This document shows, piece by piece, positions 8,935 to 18,915 of a stretch of DNA of 64,000 bases. A program made the position numbers and the translations under genes. This DNA comes from Candidatus Hermodarchaeota archaeon (GTDB lineage: Archaea; Asgardarchaeota; Lokiarchaeia; Sigyniarchaeales; SOKP01): the NCBI GenBank assembly GCA_048885525.1, contig JBHLLP010000003.1:1-64000 (forward strand), written 5' to 3'. Within the stretch, counting starts at the first letter, position 1, and every line of letters starts with the position of its first letter. The notes below the pieces were generated by a model, which did no database searches, was not told the origin of the DNA, and worked only from the letters and a program-made list of their open reading frames with translations.

Positions 8935-9516
8935 TTATTTCTTTACTAATAATTTACTTAATTCTGCGATTAACCAACACAATTCTTCATAAGTTGATGA
9001 AGATTTAATAATTTCTTCAGCTTTTGCTTTAATTTCGCTTTCTGAAGCTTCTCCCTTTAAAAAGGACATTTGTAATATTGCCAAAGTTCTTGCTAAATCA
9101 TCATAGGAATGGCTTTTTTGAGCTAGTTCGTGAGCGCTAAGAGTGATTTCAGCTTCAAAATCAGGATTTATTCCGGCGTCAATCAGTTCAATTGTATTTT
9201 TATATTTTATTTTTAATTCAGGCCGCCTCTCAATTGCATCTGGTGTTAAACCTTTTTTTAAAATATCCTTTATTGCTAAAAATGCGCCATATTCTTGATT
9301 TTGATCGACGATTTGAATTTTAATTGATTTTTTTCGTTCACTTTTTAACTTTTCTGCTCTTTTTATACTCAAAGTTTTCTTTTTTTTGGAAGCTTTTTGC
9401 CCGTACCATATATACAATGTCTTATAATCATCTATTAAAAAAACTTTATTTTCGTTAAAGTCCATCTTATTTATTTTTCTTAGGGCTCCATTCTCGGTAA
9501 CACTGTATATTAACAT
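8935..9516 (-). CDS. Single gelsolin-domain protein with helical C-terminal domain (Asgard gelsolin-type)
   Basis: DFNENKVFLIDDYKTLYIWYGQKAS...A..L...IQIVDQNQEYGAFL is a clear gelsolin repeat. Confidence 0.85.
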   Translation of the reverse strand: MLIYSVTENGALRKINKMDFNENKVFLIDDYKTLYIWYGQKASKKKKTLSIKRAEKLKSERKKSIKIQIVDQNQEYGAFLAIKDILKKGLTPDAIERRPELKIKYKNTIELIDAGINPDFEAEITLSAHELAQKSHSYDDLARTLAILQMSFLKGEASESEIKAKAEEIIKSSSTYEELCWLIAELSKLLVKK

Positions 9517-9612
9517 GGTTCTTTTATAAAGGAGTTAGAATAATATATTAAAAATAAGTAAGATATTGTATTAAATTTTAACTTGGGGTTATAAAGAAAA
9601 GAAAAATGCCAT

Positions 9613-9852
9613 TTAGGAACCTTCCTCAAAAAAACCTAATAATTTAAGATTGTTATATTCATTATGTAGAAAATCTCGTAGAGCTGTGCGTATAGCTTCA
9701 GATCGACTAGCTACAATCCTCATGCCGATTAACTTCTTAATATTTACATCATAAATATCGGGCAAATTAATGGTTATATTTACCATTTTTTTCTTTTTAT
9801 TATCTTTACCAGTTTCTGTCACTTTACTAATTTCACGAGTTTCTGTTTTCAA
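9613..9852 (-). CDS. Ribbon-helix-helix (CopG/Arc/MetJ) transcriptional regulator
   Basis: NITINLP....IKKLIGMRIVASRSEAIRTALRDFL; start may be ATG at 9786. Confidence 0.85.
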   Translation of the reverse strand: MKTETREISKVTETGKDNKKKKMVNITINLPDIYDVNIKKLIGMRIVASRSEAIRTALRDFLHNEYNNLKLLGFFEEGS

Positions 9853-10115
9853 AATTCTCTTATTTCAGATGATAAAAATGAATTAGAAAGAAGATATATT
9901 CTTTGCCCTTAAAGTATATTCACTCTTTTCCAATATAATATTATAAGTTAAGTATCTATATAAAGTTGTGTAGTATTTAAAACGATATAAATTATTTTGA
10001 TTATTTAATTACATAGATGGAAATTATTTTGATATTTTAATTATTTAGTTGAAAATATTTTATTATCTTGATAAAATCTTATCTAAGGGTAATAGGATGT
10101 AAGAGAAAAAAAATC

Positions 10116-10790
10116 TTATAATCTTTGATCTGATTTTATATATCTTCCTCTTGTTTCAATTGCGTCGATATTTTTAATTATCTCATCACATTCGAATGAA
10201 CCTGATTTTTCATATTCTAATCTATATCCTCCAAGAAAGGCATTAAAACAAGAGGCATAATCTCTCCCATGAGATGATATCAGTACTCTCTTAAGGAGAT
10301 GGAGATCTACACTTTTATCTTCGATCGTATCTGAATAATCATGCAAACCAAAATCAATAAGAAAGATCTGTTCCTGTGGAGTTATTAAAATATTACTTGT
10401 AGTTATATCTCCATGAATGTGTCCATTTTTATGTAATATCGCTACTATTCTGCCAATTTCATTAAAATATTTTATTTTCTGGTTATCCTCTAAATCAGAC
10501 AAGATATTTTTTAACTTATTTCCTTGAATATACTTCATAATGATTGTGGAATTAGGTGAGTCAATTTCAAAAACTTGCGGTACATTGACACCATAATTTT
10601 TCACTCTTATTAAAGCTCGAGCCTCATTTAAAGTTCTCTCTGTCCGAATTCTTCTATCCAAATCCTCTATACGATATTTTTTTGGAATTCTATATTTAAA
10701 TATTACTTCTTTCCCAAACCAATGTCCATAATATAGACTAGCTTCAGCGCCCTTTCTAATGATTTTTTCTCTTTTCACATCTGAACTCAA
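10116..10790 (-). CDS. bud32: KEOPS complex kinase Bud32
   Basis: KGAEA, KYRIPKKYR, HGDITTSN, IDFGL, VDLHLL, ETRGRY. Confidence 0.95.
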   Translation of the reverse strand: MSSDVKREKIIRKGAEASLYYGHWFGKEVIFKYRIPKKYRIEDLDRRIRTERTLNEARALIRVKNYGVNVPQVFEIDSPNSTIIMKYIQGNKLKNILSDLEDNQKIKYFNEIGRIVAILHKNGHIHGDITTSNILITPQEQIFLIDFGLHDYSDTIEDKSVDLHLLKRVLISSHGRDYASCFNAFLGGYRLEYEKSGSFECDEIIKNIDAIETRGRYIKSDQRL

Positions 10791-10796
10791 TTTAAT

Positions 10797-11810
10797 TTAA
10801 GACCTCCAAGGGATTGTTATCTGATCCATTCTCTCTTTTGGTTTAATAATAGTTTCAGAGACATTTTGGCCTTTTCCTGTCTTATATCTTAAAATACCAG
10901 CCCATCCGATCATTGCTCCATTATCCCCCGCATATTTTAAGGGTACGACTTCAAATCTTGCATCATGTTCCTCGCTAATATATCTTATCATAGATTGCAG
11001 TCTTTGATTTGCTGCTACCCCTCCAGTGAGAAGTACTTCTTTCTTTTCTGTATGGGCTAAAGCTCTTTCTGTTACTTCAGATAACATTCCAAAGGCTGTT
11101 TCTTGCAAAGAATAGGCAATGTCATTTAAATTATATTTATCCCCATAATCCTTAGATTGGAGTAGATACTTTGCTGCTGTATAAAGTCCAGAAAATGATA
11201 GATCCATACCTTTTACAACATAGGGCAATTGAATGTAGTTTTTTGATTTTTGAGCTAATTTTTCAATCTTAGGACCACCAGGATGTTGAAGTCCAGCATC
11301 ACGAGCAAACGAATCTATCATATTACCAATCGCTAAATCAAGTGTCTCACCAAAAATTTGATATCTGCCTGATTCAAAAGCACTAACTATTGTATTTCCT
11401 CCTGAAACATATAAACTTAATGGGTCCTTAATATTACATTTTAAACGACCGATTTCTATATGGGCGATACAATGGTTTACACCGATTATAGGGATTTCTA
11501 GTATTTGACTTAACATACGAGCAGCCCATGCACCAATTTTTAACACCGGTCCTAAACCAGGACTTTGGCTAAATGCGATTAAATCTATTTTATTTATTGA
11601 TATCCTAGCTTCAGAAAGAGCTGTATTAATAATATGCATAAAATTATTCAAATGTTGTTCTCTAACTAATGCGGGATGAAGTCCTCCCTCTTCAGGTACG
11701 TAGATATCATTAATAAGACTGTATATTTCCCCATTAAAATCAATAATACCAACTGAAAATGTATGTGCTGTAGATTCAATACCTAAACATAACTTTTTCA
11801 TTAATTTCAC
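10797..11810 (-). CDS. kae1: tRNA threonylcarbamoyltransferase Kae1
   Basis: LGIESTAHT, VNHCIAHIEIG, LYVSGGNT, GDNGAMI. Confidence 0.97.
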   Translation of the reverse strand: MKLMKKLCLGIESTAHTFSVGIIDFNGEIYSLINDIYVPEEGGLHPALVREQHLNNFMHIINTALSEARISINKIDLIAFSQSPGLGPVLKIGAWAARMLSQILEIPIIGVNHCIAHIEIGRLKCNIKDPLSLYVSGGNTIVSAFESGRYQIFGETLDLAIGNMIDSFARDAGLQHPGGPKIEKLAQKSKNYIQLPYVVKGMDLSFSGLYTAAKYLLQSKDYGDKYNLNDIAYSLQETAFGMLSEVTERALAHTEKKEVLLTGGVAANQRLQSMIRYISEEHDARFEVVPLKYAGDNGAMIGWAGILRYKTGKGQNVSETIIKPKERMDQITIPWRS

Positions 11811-11929
11811 TGGACTTTCAATTTAGATGAGCAAATTTTAAGGTGAAAATTAGAATTACTTTATTAAGAAATAAATTAGTAATATTATTTCAATGAAATA
11901 AAGAATCTTTTGTTTGAAAAGTTTGATTT

Positions 11930-12136
11930 TTATGCTTTTTGACGTTTTCTAGGGGTTCTTCTAGTTGTCTTACTTTTTGCTGGGCCTTTCCTTTTAAATA
12001 CAGCATATCCACATTTCCCACATGACCATCTATCATAATGATCGGCGAGGAAATAAGAGGGACCGCACTTTGGACAACTACGATGAGTTCTAACTAATTT
12101 ATCTCCTTCAATTTTATAATAATTTGAGGAATTCAT
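11930..12136 (-). CDS. rps27ae: 30S ribosomal protein S27ae
   Basis: CPKCG..FLADHYDRWSCGKCGY; no ubiquitin fusion; basic C-terminal tail. Confidence 0.95.
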   Translation of the reverse strand: MNSSNYYKIEGDKLVRTHRSCPKCGPSYFLADHYDRWSCGKCGYAVFKRKGPAKSKTTRRTPRKRQKA

Positions 12137-12158
12137 TTCTGTTTTATTTTGTATTTAT

Positions 12159-12512
12159 TTAATATTCAAATAGATGCTTATAAGGTTGTTTTCTTTTTTT
12201 CAGTTGGTTGATTTCAGTTCTTTTTTCTTTTTCAAGATTTCGTACTTGGATATGGAAAGGCTCGTAGAATTGAAGCTCATTTGCATCAGTATAAATGTGT
12301 GCTTTCCCTATTGTATGAGATGCTCCAAAACGAGTTTTGAGATTTGTGATTATTGTGAGTTTTTCATCAGTTCCTTGCAGTGCAGCTATTTTTTTTTTAA
12401 CATCTAATCTATTTGGAGTACTTTCTGAAAAATGATCAATTCTAAAAGATAATTCTACTCGATCAATTAAGGGATTTTTCTTCTCTTCTTTAATTTCTAC
12501 ATTTAGCGACAT
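12159..12512 (-). CDS. rps24e: 30S ribosomal protein S24e
   Basis: KNPLIDRVE, TPNRLDVKKKIA, TRFG...GKAHIY. Confidence 0.95.
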   Translation of the reverse strand: MSLNVEIKEEKKNPLIDRVELSFRIDHFSESTPNRLDVKKKIAALQGTDEKLTIITNLKTRFGASHTIGKAHIYTDANELQFYEPFHIQVRNLEKEKRTEINQLKKRKQPYKHLFEY

Positions 12513-12613
12513 TTCTATGCAATGATTTTTTGTGACAAATAGTATCTATTGAATGAAGATTTTTACTAAATTATAACTTTCAAAAGAAAAGATAAAAAAT
12601 AAAATTTTGCTTT

Positions 12614-13201
12614 TTAATATTTTTCCATAATTGATATGACTTTTTTGACTTTTTCTTGAGTATTTTTATCAACATCAACAATTACAATTCCTTCTGGAAT
12701 AATAAAATTAGAATCTGTAATTGGAGGTTGACCATAGAAAGCAAAATTTTTTATATTTCTTGTTATTGGAATTTCAAGTACTAGGGGGAGTATCAATAAA
12801 TCTTCTTCTCCGTCAGTTATTTTAATTAATGTTTTTTTATTTGAATGAATTACTTCTCTAAAAAGTTTCCAGCATTCTTTATTTATAGTTCCCTCATGAT
12901 TTTGAAATTCAATAATATCTTCAAAAAATTCCTCAAAATCTAAATATATATGATTTCTTTGTGTTTTTTCGTCTATAATACAAACTTTAACAAATTTTTT
13001 TAAAAATTGATTAGATAAAAAATCATTAGCGACAATGTCTCCAACGATATAGAAGTGTATCTCTACTCCAGATGCTAAATAATCTTTAAAAACATTTTCA
13101 ACTTGAATGATCGTTTCTTCTCTGGAACCTGCTATTAAAATATCGAGAGGTTCTGTAAATAAATGTCTTTTATCTTGAGGAATTCTTAAATTAAAATCCA
13201 T
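12614..13201 (-). CDS. GTP-dependent dephospho-CoA kinase (DUF359 family)
   Basis: IVGDIV, IIDEKTQR, GEEDLLILP, YGQP..EG; conserved position between spt4 and rps24e. Confidence 0.88.
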   Translation of the reverse strand: MDFNLRIPQDKRHLFTEPLDILIAGSREETIIQVENVFKDYLASGVEIHFYIVGDIVANDFLSNQFLKKFVKVCIIDEKTQRNHIYLDFEEFFEDIIEFQNHEGTINKECWKLFREVIHSNKKTLIKITDGEEDLLILPLVLEIPITRNIKNFAFYGQPPITDSNFIIPEGIVIVDVDKNTQEKVKKVISIMEKY

Positions 13202-13268
13202 TTAAATCAAGATACTTAATAAAATAAGCTTTAAAAATAATTTCCATCTTTTTATTTGATAGAAGAAA

Positions 13269-13457
13269 TTATCTAACTCTTAATGCATACTTACCTGGAA
13301 AATGAATTTTCAAATATTCAGCAAATTTTGATTCTTTTGGGTTTATTATTATTACTTCCCCTGTGAAATCTTCACTTAGTGTATGCGTTTTGCATTTAGG
13401 ACAAATTACCTCATTTTTTGTTATCAAATGACAATTCTTGCATGCTTTTTCTTTCAA
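13269..13457 (-). CDS. spt4: Transcription elongation factor Spt4 (RpoE'')
   Basis: ACKNCH...CPKC..LSEDFTG...PGKYALRVR. Confidence 0.95.
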   Translation of the reverse strand: MKEKACKNCHLITKNEVICPKCKTHTLSEDFTGEVIIINPKESKFAEYLKIHFPGKYALRVR

Positions 13458-13478
13458 ATTACTTAATCCCTCTTAAAT

Positions 13479-14084
13479 TTATGATTCATTATTATTAACG
13501 TCTTCACTTGGTACTGCTTTTTTTGCTTCCTTTTCTGCATATATTTCTTCAATATCATTATTAATCCATTCTTCTTTTCCCAGAAACTTCTGTCTCATTG
13601 TCAATCCGAGTTTCCCACTTCTTCCGGTACCTAAGGAAACGGCAATTATTCTTGCCCTTACTTGGTCATTAACTTCAAGAATCCTTCCAGTTTCTTTGCC
13701 AATAAATCGATTTCCAACTTGTTCATAAGAGATATAATCATCACAAATCTGAGAGACATGAACTAAACCATCTAGTGGACCAAGGCGCACAAACGAACCG
13801 AAATCAACAATTTCAACAACCGTTCCTTCTACAACTTCTGAAACAGTTGGTTTGAATGTAAGTATTGTAAATTGTACTTCATGGAAGGTATTTGCATTAC
13901 CAGGAATAATTATACCTTTTCCGACATTAAGCACATCGACTACTGCTATGACGAAACCGTAATCTCGTGTTATAATCCCTTCGTAGTCCTCTGAAAGAAT
14001 GATTCTTGCACTCACTTCTTTTTCTTGGTCAAACAGAAATGGAGGTATCTCAATTTTTCCTTCAATGGTGTAAAGTTTGAACAT
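13479..14084 (-). CDS. rpo7: RNA polymerase subunit Rpo7 (RpoE')
   Basis: EVVEGTVVEIVDFGSFVRLGPLDGLVHVSQI S1 domain, LTMRQKFLGK. Confidence 0.96.
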   Translation of the reverse strand: MFKLYTIEGKIEIPPFLFDQEKEVSARIILSEDYEGIITRDYGFVIAVVDVLNVGKGIIIPGNANTFHEVQFTILTFKPTVSEVVEGTVVEIVDFGSFVRLGPLDGLVHVSQICDDYISYEQVGNRFIGKETGRILEVNDQVRARIIAVSLGTGRSGKLGLTMRQKFLGKEEWINNDIEEIYAEKEAKKAVPSEDVNNNES

Positions 14085-14220
14085 ATGAGCGTTCCCGTTA
14101 AAATGATGATCTATAATGAAGTTAAGTGATTGATAGTATGAACTAAAAAATTAATAGTTTGTGATTTTTTATTCATAAACCTAGTGAAAATAAGATTTCT
14201 TTTAATTTTTCTTAGAATTC

Positions 14221-14529
14221 CTATTTTCTTATTAAAGAGAGGCGAATAGGTCTTAAGTCTGCTATTTGCTGTATGCCAGATTTAACTGAAGGATCATTTT
14301 CAAGCAGTTCTTCTGCTTCTTCCAGTGTTTTCGCCTCTATAATAATAAGACCAAATGGATCTTCGGATATCAAGGTAGGACCTGCTAAAAATAGTTTTTT
14401 TTGTTTCAATAATGATTTTAGGTAAAAATAATGATCAGACATGATTTGTTCTTCTTCCTTTTTGGAATTAATGATGAAATCTTGACGATAAGGTTTTATT
14501 ATAGCATAGAAATACTGTTCTTCGGTCAT
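14221..14529 (-). CDS. YciI/YCII-related protein
   Basis: HYFYLKSL..LAGP...GLIIIEA..EEA..L.NDPSV. Confidence 0.85.
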   Translation of the reverse strand: MTEEQYFYAIIKPYRQDFIINSKKEEEQIMSDHYFYLKSLLKQKKLFLAGPTLISEDPFGLIIIEAKTLEEAEELLENDPSVKSGIQQIADLRPIRLSLIRK

Positions 14530-14628
14530 AAATATTAGAAATTATAATTTCTTATAAATTTTGAATTAATATTATTTAAATTATATGAAGTTAGATAATC
14601 TAATGAAATTAAATTTAAAGGTAAAACG

Positions 14629-15414
14629 ATGTCAATTATTATCCGAGATATGATCAAAGATGATGAATATTATGTTGGTACATGCACTCATGTAAATGAA
14701 AATAACCTCGAGCGTGAAATGTCTTGTCCACGCCGTATTTCTTGGTTGAGAAGTATGGAAAAAGATGGATTGAGGGTTAAAGTTGCTCTTATAGATGGTA
14801 ATCATGCGGGATTTATATATGTTATGCCAATTGAAATAAATCCTTGGAATATTCAAGGTAAAGATTTGATGGTATTTCCATGTTTAGTTTCGCATTCTAA
14901 ATTTACTAAAATTGGTATAGGTAAAGAGTTAATTAAAGCTGCCGAAGAAGAAACAAAACGTCTAGACCGTAAAGGAATCGCAACGTTTGGGTATTTTTGG
15001 GATTTTTGGTTTATGCCAGCACAATATTTTGTAAAATTAGGATTTAAAGTTGCTGAAAAACGTGGAGAAGGGGCAATTCTTTGGAAGCAATTTGATCTTA
15101 ACGCTGAAGCACCTACATTCCGAAAAGAAAATTATAATTTTAATCCAATTAAAGGTAAAGTTGTAATTGATTTATTTTGGAACAAATTCTGCTTAACTAG
15201 TGATATCGAAGCTGAGAGAGTGCGAGAAATAGCATTAGAATATGGAAAACGTGTCGTTCTTAATGAATTTTCGGCAGTTGATCAAAAAATCCTACAAAAA
15301 TATGGCATTGAGCGAAGAATCTATGTTAATGGTGACCCAATGGAGATAGGTTCAGAAGTAGAAAAAAGTAAACTTAGAGAAGCAATTGATAATGCATTAA
15401 TTTCGATCAATTAG
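14629..15414 (+). CDS. GNAT family N-acetyltransferase with thioredoxin-like C-terminal domain
   Basis: KIGIGKELIKAAEE GNAT motif A; C-terminal VIDLFWNKFC...YGIERRIYVNG. Confidence 0.75.
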   Translation: MSIIIRDMIKDDEYYVGTCTHVNENNLEREMSCPRRISWLRSMEKDGLRVKVALIDGNHAGFIYVMPIEINPWNIQGKDLMVFPCLVSHSKFTKIGIGKELIKAAEEETKRLDRKGIATFGYFWDFWFMPAQYFVKLGFKVAEKRGEGAILWKQFDLNAEAPTFRKENYNFNPIKGKVVIDLFWNKFCLTSDIEAERVREIALEYGKRVVLNEFSAVDQKILQKYGIERRIYVNGDPMEIGSEVEKSKLREAIDNALISIN

Positions 15415-15487
15415 ATAATTAACTAGATTAAGTTCTTTCCCTCTAATTAATTTGGATTGCTTTACAAATTGTTAAATATTTAGTATG

Positions 15488-15541
15488 AATATTGGACATT
15501 AATGTATAGTAAGAAGACTATACATTAACAAATCCAATATT
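15488..15541. promoter_or_regulatory. Long inverted repeat (12-bp perfect + 9-bp perfect outer arms); operator or RNA hairpin
   Basis: aatattgga-ca-ttaatgtatagt-aagaag-actatacattaa-caaa-tccaatatt. Confidence 0.7.
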
Positions 15542-15564
15542 AAAAATATAAAAGAGGTAATAAA

Positions 15565-15879
15565 ATGATTTTTATCACTTACTGGGAACTTAATCCGGAT
15601 TTCGATCCATCAGAATTAGCAGGAGTTGCTCAAACGTTAATAAGTAAAAAATTGTGGCCAGTCGAAGGTACTAAAGAAATTGCTTGGTATGTTAGCACTT
15701 CTGACTATTGGGGTATAACCATATTAGAAGCTGAAACTGAAGAACAATTGACAGAAGTAACGGGTATGTGGAGAATTGCTAAACCAGGTATTTTTAAGTT
15801 CATTAAAAGCACACCTGCAATGGAGATAGTTAAAATTGTCCCTGTACTAATGAAATTGGCTAAAAAAATAAAAGAATAA
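15565..15879 (+). CDS. DUF3303-like small protein
   Basis: MIFITYWEL...EG.KEIAWY...GITILEAETEE; SD GAGGT. Confidence 0.65.
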   Translation: MIFITYWELNPDFDPSELAGVAQTLISKKLWPVEGTKEIAWYVSTSDYWGITILEAETEEQLTEVTGMWRIAKPGIFKFIKSTPAMEIVKIVPVLMKLAKKIKE

Positions 15880-15921
15880 AAAATTGATATAAAACCTAAT
15901 TTAAAACTTCTTTTTTTTTAT

Positions 15922-16338
15922 TTATTGATGTAGATCTCTATTCATTCTGGGAGTTGTAGATTCGCCCCTTAACATCTTTAAAAAATCTTTTCTTAAGGGA
16001 TAAAAAATATCGAGCATAATAAAGGGTTCATTACCTATACAAGTATCTCCATGGGGTGTGTTAGAGGGTATACAGAAAAAATCTCCTTGTTTCACGACAC
16101 GTTCTTCATCTCCAATACGTAGTTTTGCTTTACCAGCATAAACCATGCCAATTTGTTCATGTTTATGAGAATGCATAGGAACAGTATGTCCTGGTAATGT
16201 GGCATTCAGCGCCATTGTCATCTTTTCATGATGTAATCCAGTAAGTATAGTTGTCTCTAATCCTTCCATTTGCACAAATTTAGGAGCGTATTCAATGTTT
16301 ATAAAAAATGGACTTTTTTTATTTTGAATTTTAGCCAA
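15922..16338 (-). CDS. Cupin domain protein
   Basis: PMHSHKHEQIG and IPSNTPHG cupin motifs. Confidence 0.9.
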   Translation of the reverse strand: MAKIQNKKSPFFINIEYAPKFVQMEGLETTILTGLHHEKMTMALNATLPGHTVPMHSHKHEQIGMVYAGKAKLRIGDEERVVKQGDFFCIPSNTPHGDTCIGNEPFIMLDIFYPLRKDFLKMLRGESTTPRMNRDLHQ

Positions 16339-16461
16339 CTCTATTTTAATTTAATTATAAGAGATTAATAAACCAATAAACTATGATTTTATAAATTATA
16401 TTATTACTATACTTAATTTTTATTATTAACATATTAAAAATTATTAAAATGTGAGAAATTA

Positions 16462-17181
16462 ATGAATAAGAATCGTCCTGAAACTACTCTTTTTCTAATG
16501 ATATCTTTGGATGGAAAAATTTCTACTGGAGACGTGGATGAAAGAGATCAAGAGATAGATTTTCCTAAAATAAAAGGAATTAAGGAGGGAAATTATCAAT
16601 ATTATGATTTGTTATTTAAAACTGATAGACATGCTGTTATTAGTGGAAAGGTTTTAGCTAAAATTGGAGTTAATTTACGTGAAAAAGCTGATAATTATAA
16701 GGATGTCAACTTAATTATTATTGATCGCAAACCACATCTTATTAAAAGGGGAGTTAGTTATCTAATAAATTCATTTAAATCAATCTATATTGTTACTAAC
16801 AATAAAAAACATCCCGCGTTCAAGTTTAAAGATAGAAAAGGAATGTATATCATTTATTATCCAAATGAGATTTATATTGAAGAATTATTTGTAAAACTAA
16901 AACAAGATTACAAAATTCAAAAAATATCAATTCAATCAGGGGGGACATTGAACTCTTTATTTCTCAAACAAAAACTTATTGATCATATTTCACTTGTAAT
17001 TGCACCATGTCTGATTGGTGGAAAGAATACTCCTACCTTAATAGATGGAATAGCTCCTCAAACTGATGATGATTTATACGATATCAAAGCTTTAACACTT
17101 AAGAAATGTGAAGTTTTGAAATATTCATATATCCATCTTTATTACGATGTAATAAATGATACGATAATTGAAATAGATTAG
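16462..17181 (+). CDS. RibD C-terminal / DHFR-like reductase
   Basis: ISLDGKIS, QSGGTLNSLFLKQKLIDHISLVIAPCLIGG. Confidence 0.88.
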   Translation: MNKNRPETTLFLMISLDGKISTGDVDERDQEIDFPKIKGIKEGNYQYYDLLFKTDRHAVISGKVLAKIGVNLREKADNYKDVNLIIIDRKPHLIKRGVSYLINSFKSIYIVTNNKKHPAFKFKDRKGMYIIYYPNEIYIEELFVKLKQDYKIQKISIQSGGTLNSLFLKQKLIDHISLVIAPCLIGGKNTPTLIDGIAPQTDDDLYDIKALTLKKCEVLKYSYIHLYYDVINDTIIEID

Positions 17182-17558
17182 ATTAATTTCGCGATTTTTT
17201 CACAAGTTCGCTTACAGTCTAAAAATATTAATCCTAACCTTACATCCTTTGTTGTAGAAACAGTTAATACTGCATTGGGGCCAGCTTGTAGCACTAAAAG
17301 ATAACCATCGCTGCCCTTGACATACAGCTGATCGAATTCACCCTTCTCCATCTCGATAACTGATCTTTCGGCTAAGGAGAGCAACGCAGCAGTCATGGCA
17401 GCAATCCTTGTCTCATCAACTCCTTGAGGGAGGGCAGAAGCAATTGGAAGACCTTCAGCAGACACGATTGCGGCAGCTTTTACTTCTGGGATCGCTGCGA
17501 GTAATTTTTTTAAGATGTCATCAAGCGATTCTGTAGTTGTTTCGACCATACCAGTCAT
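17178..17558 (-). CDS. Roadblock/LC7 (MglB-like) protein
   Basis: AAAIVSAEGLPIASALP, IAAMTAALLSLAER, VRLGLIFLD. Confidence 0.93.
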   Translation of the reverse strand: MTGMVETTTESLDDILKKLLAAIPEVKAAAIVSAEGLPIASALPQGVDETRIAAMTAALLSLAERSVIEMEKGEFDQLYVKGSDGYLLVLQAGPNAVLTVSTTKDVRLGLIFLDCKRTCEKIAKLI

Positions 17559-17794
17559 TTTTTTTGGTAATTAAAAATTAGGATCTTTTTTGAGTATATA
17601 ATTTGTAATGTAATCTTACTATAATAGATATAATTAACTTATTTTAATTTTATTTATTTTTTTTTATTTTGTACTCTCTAATAAATTATATTATTACTTC
17701 TTTATTAATTAACTTTAGAAATTTTTGTAAAGTTTTACCTAAAACACTGTTATTATTTTTAAAAACTCTCTATTTGAAGTAATTATCAAAATTA

Positions 17795-18844
17795 TTATTT
17801 AAATATTTTAGTTGTTTCTATCATTGCATTAACATTTTCTGGTTTGCATTTTGAATTGATTTGTTGTGAAGGTGAAACTACTAAAGAGCAGTTGTATTTT
17901 CTTGCCTTGGTAATAAGTTTGATTGTATAGTTATTTACTTCTTCAGGTGAACCGAATGTTAATAGAGACATATCTAAGTTGCCTATAATACAAATATTAC
18001 TTTTGAATCGTTTAAAGAGGGGAAATATATCAACTCCCGCATTTGGCTCTAAACCTTGAACAGCATCGAAATTTAAATCAATAAAAGTTTCAATCATATC
18101 GGAAATATATCCATCTGAATGAATAATTATTTTCTGATTTTTATTATGAATTAGTTTTATAATTTCTCTGTATTCTTCAAAAAACAAATCCTCCCATACA
18201 TTTATAGGAATAAATGTTCGATTTTTGTATCCATAATCATCTGCGACAAGGAATATATGTACTCCCGTGCTTTGAAGGATATTAATTAAATCTTTAATAA
18301 ATTCCGAGAAATAAGAAACTACAGTTCTTACAAATTCAATATTTTTCCTTAAACATTTAGCAAAATGATGAAATCCCATTGATTGCCACGTTTTCTCGAA
18401 TAGTCCAGGTAAAGAGATTACGTAATCTAAATTATTACGTGCTCTTAATAAGAAAGTTTTTAATGTAGTTAATTTTTCTTGGGAAGGAAGTGTTAAGTGT
18501 TCCCATTCTTCTAATATTTTTTCATTCTTAAATAAACCATCCCATAAATACCATTCTCCTTTATATATTCGTCCCCAACCATCTACTCTTCTATGTTCAT
18601 CGAGAGTATAACCTCCATCTCCTCGGCGAAAATCCCATAAAGAAATAGCATCAAATCCCATCTGTTCTATGATATTATAATTATTCTGGTATAATTCCAA
18701 ATCTTTACTGGTAGGTTTCAATTTGTATTGGCTGGTATAGTTTTCCATAAATGCTAATTCTGGGTATCCAGTACAATATAATGGAACTTGAGAAGTTATT
18801 TCTTTTGATAATGCCTTTAAAAAATCACTTTTTTGGGTATACAT
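17795..18844 (-). CDS. Uroporphyrinogen decarboxylase / MtaA-CmuA family protein
   Basis: ADDYG, HSDG, IIGNLD, GSPEEV, PENVNAM. Confidence 0.85.
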   Translation of the reverse strand: MYTQKSDFLKALSKEITSQVPLYCTGYPELAFMENYTSQYKLKPTSKDLELYQNNYNIIEQMGFDAISLWDFRRGDGGYTLDEHRRVDGWGRIYKGEWYLWDGLFKNEKILEEWEHLTLPSQEKLTTLKTFLLRARNNLDYVISLPGLFEKTWQSMGFHHFAKCLRKNIEFVRTVVSYFSEFIKDLINILQSTGVHIFLVADDYGYKNRTFIPINVWEDLFFEEYREIIKLIHNKNQKIIIHSDGYISDMIETFIDLNFDAVQGLEPNAGVDIFPLFKRFKSNICIIGNLDMSLLTFGSPEEVNNYTIKLITKARKYNCSLVVSPSQQINSKCKPENVNAMIETTKIFK

Positions 18845-18915
18845 TATTAAGCTAAACTAAATATTAGATTATAAATTATTTCAATAATTAATATAATTCT
18901 TTACATGATTGATCT

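Noticed and set aside
9934-9945. Palindrome TATAATATTATA upstream of the RHH gene
   Set aside because: Purely A/T and expected by chance at this base composition
11930-12160. Possible ubiquitin fusion to S27ae
   Set aside because: rps24e ends 22 nt upstream, leaving no room for a ubiquitin-like domain
14100-14155. ATGATGA box C-like motif upstream of rpo7
   Set aside because: No CTGA box D at a suitable distance, so a C/D sRNA is unsupported
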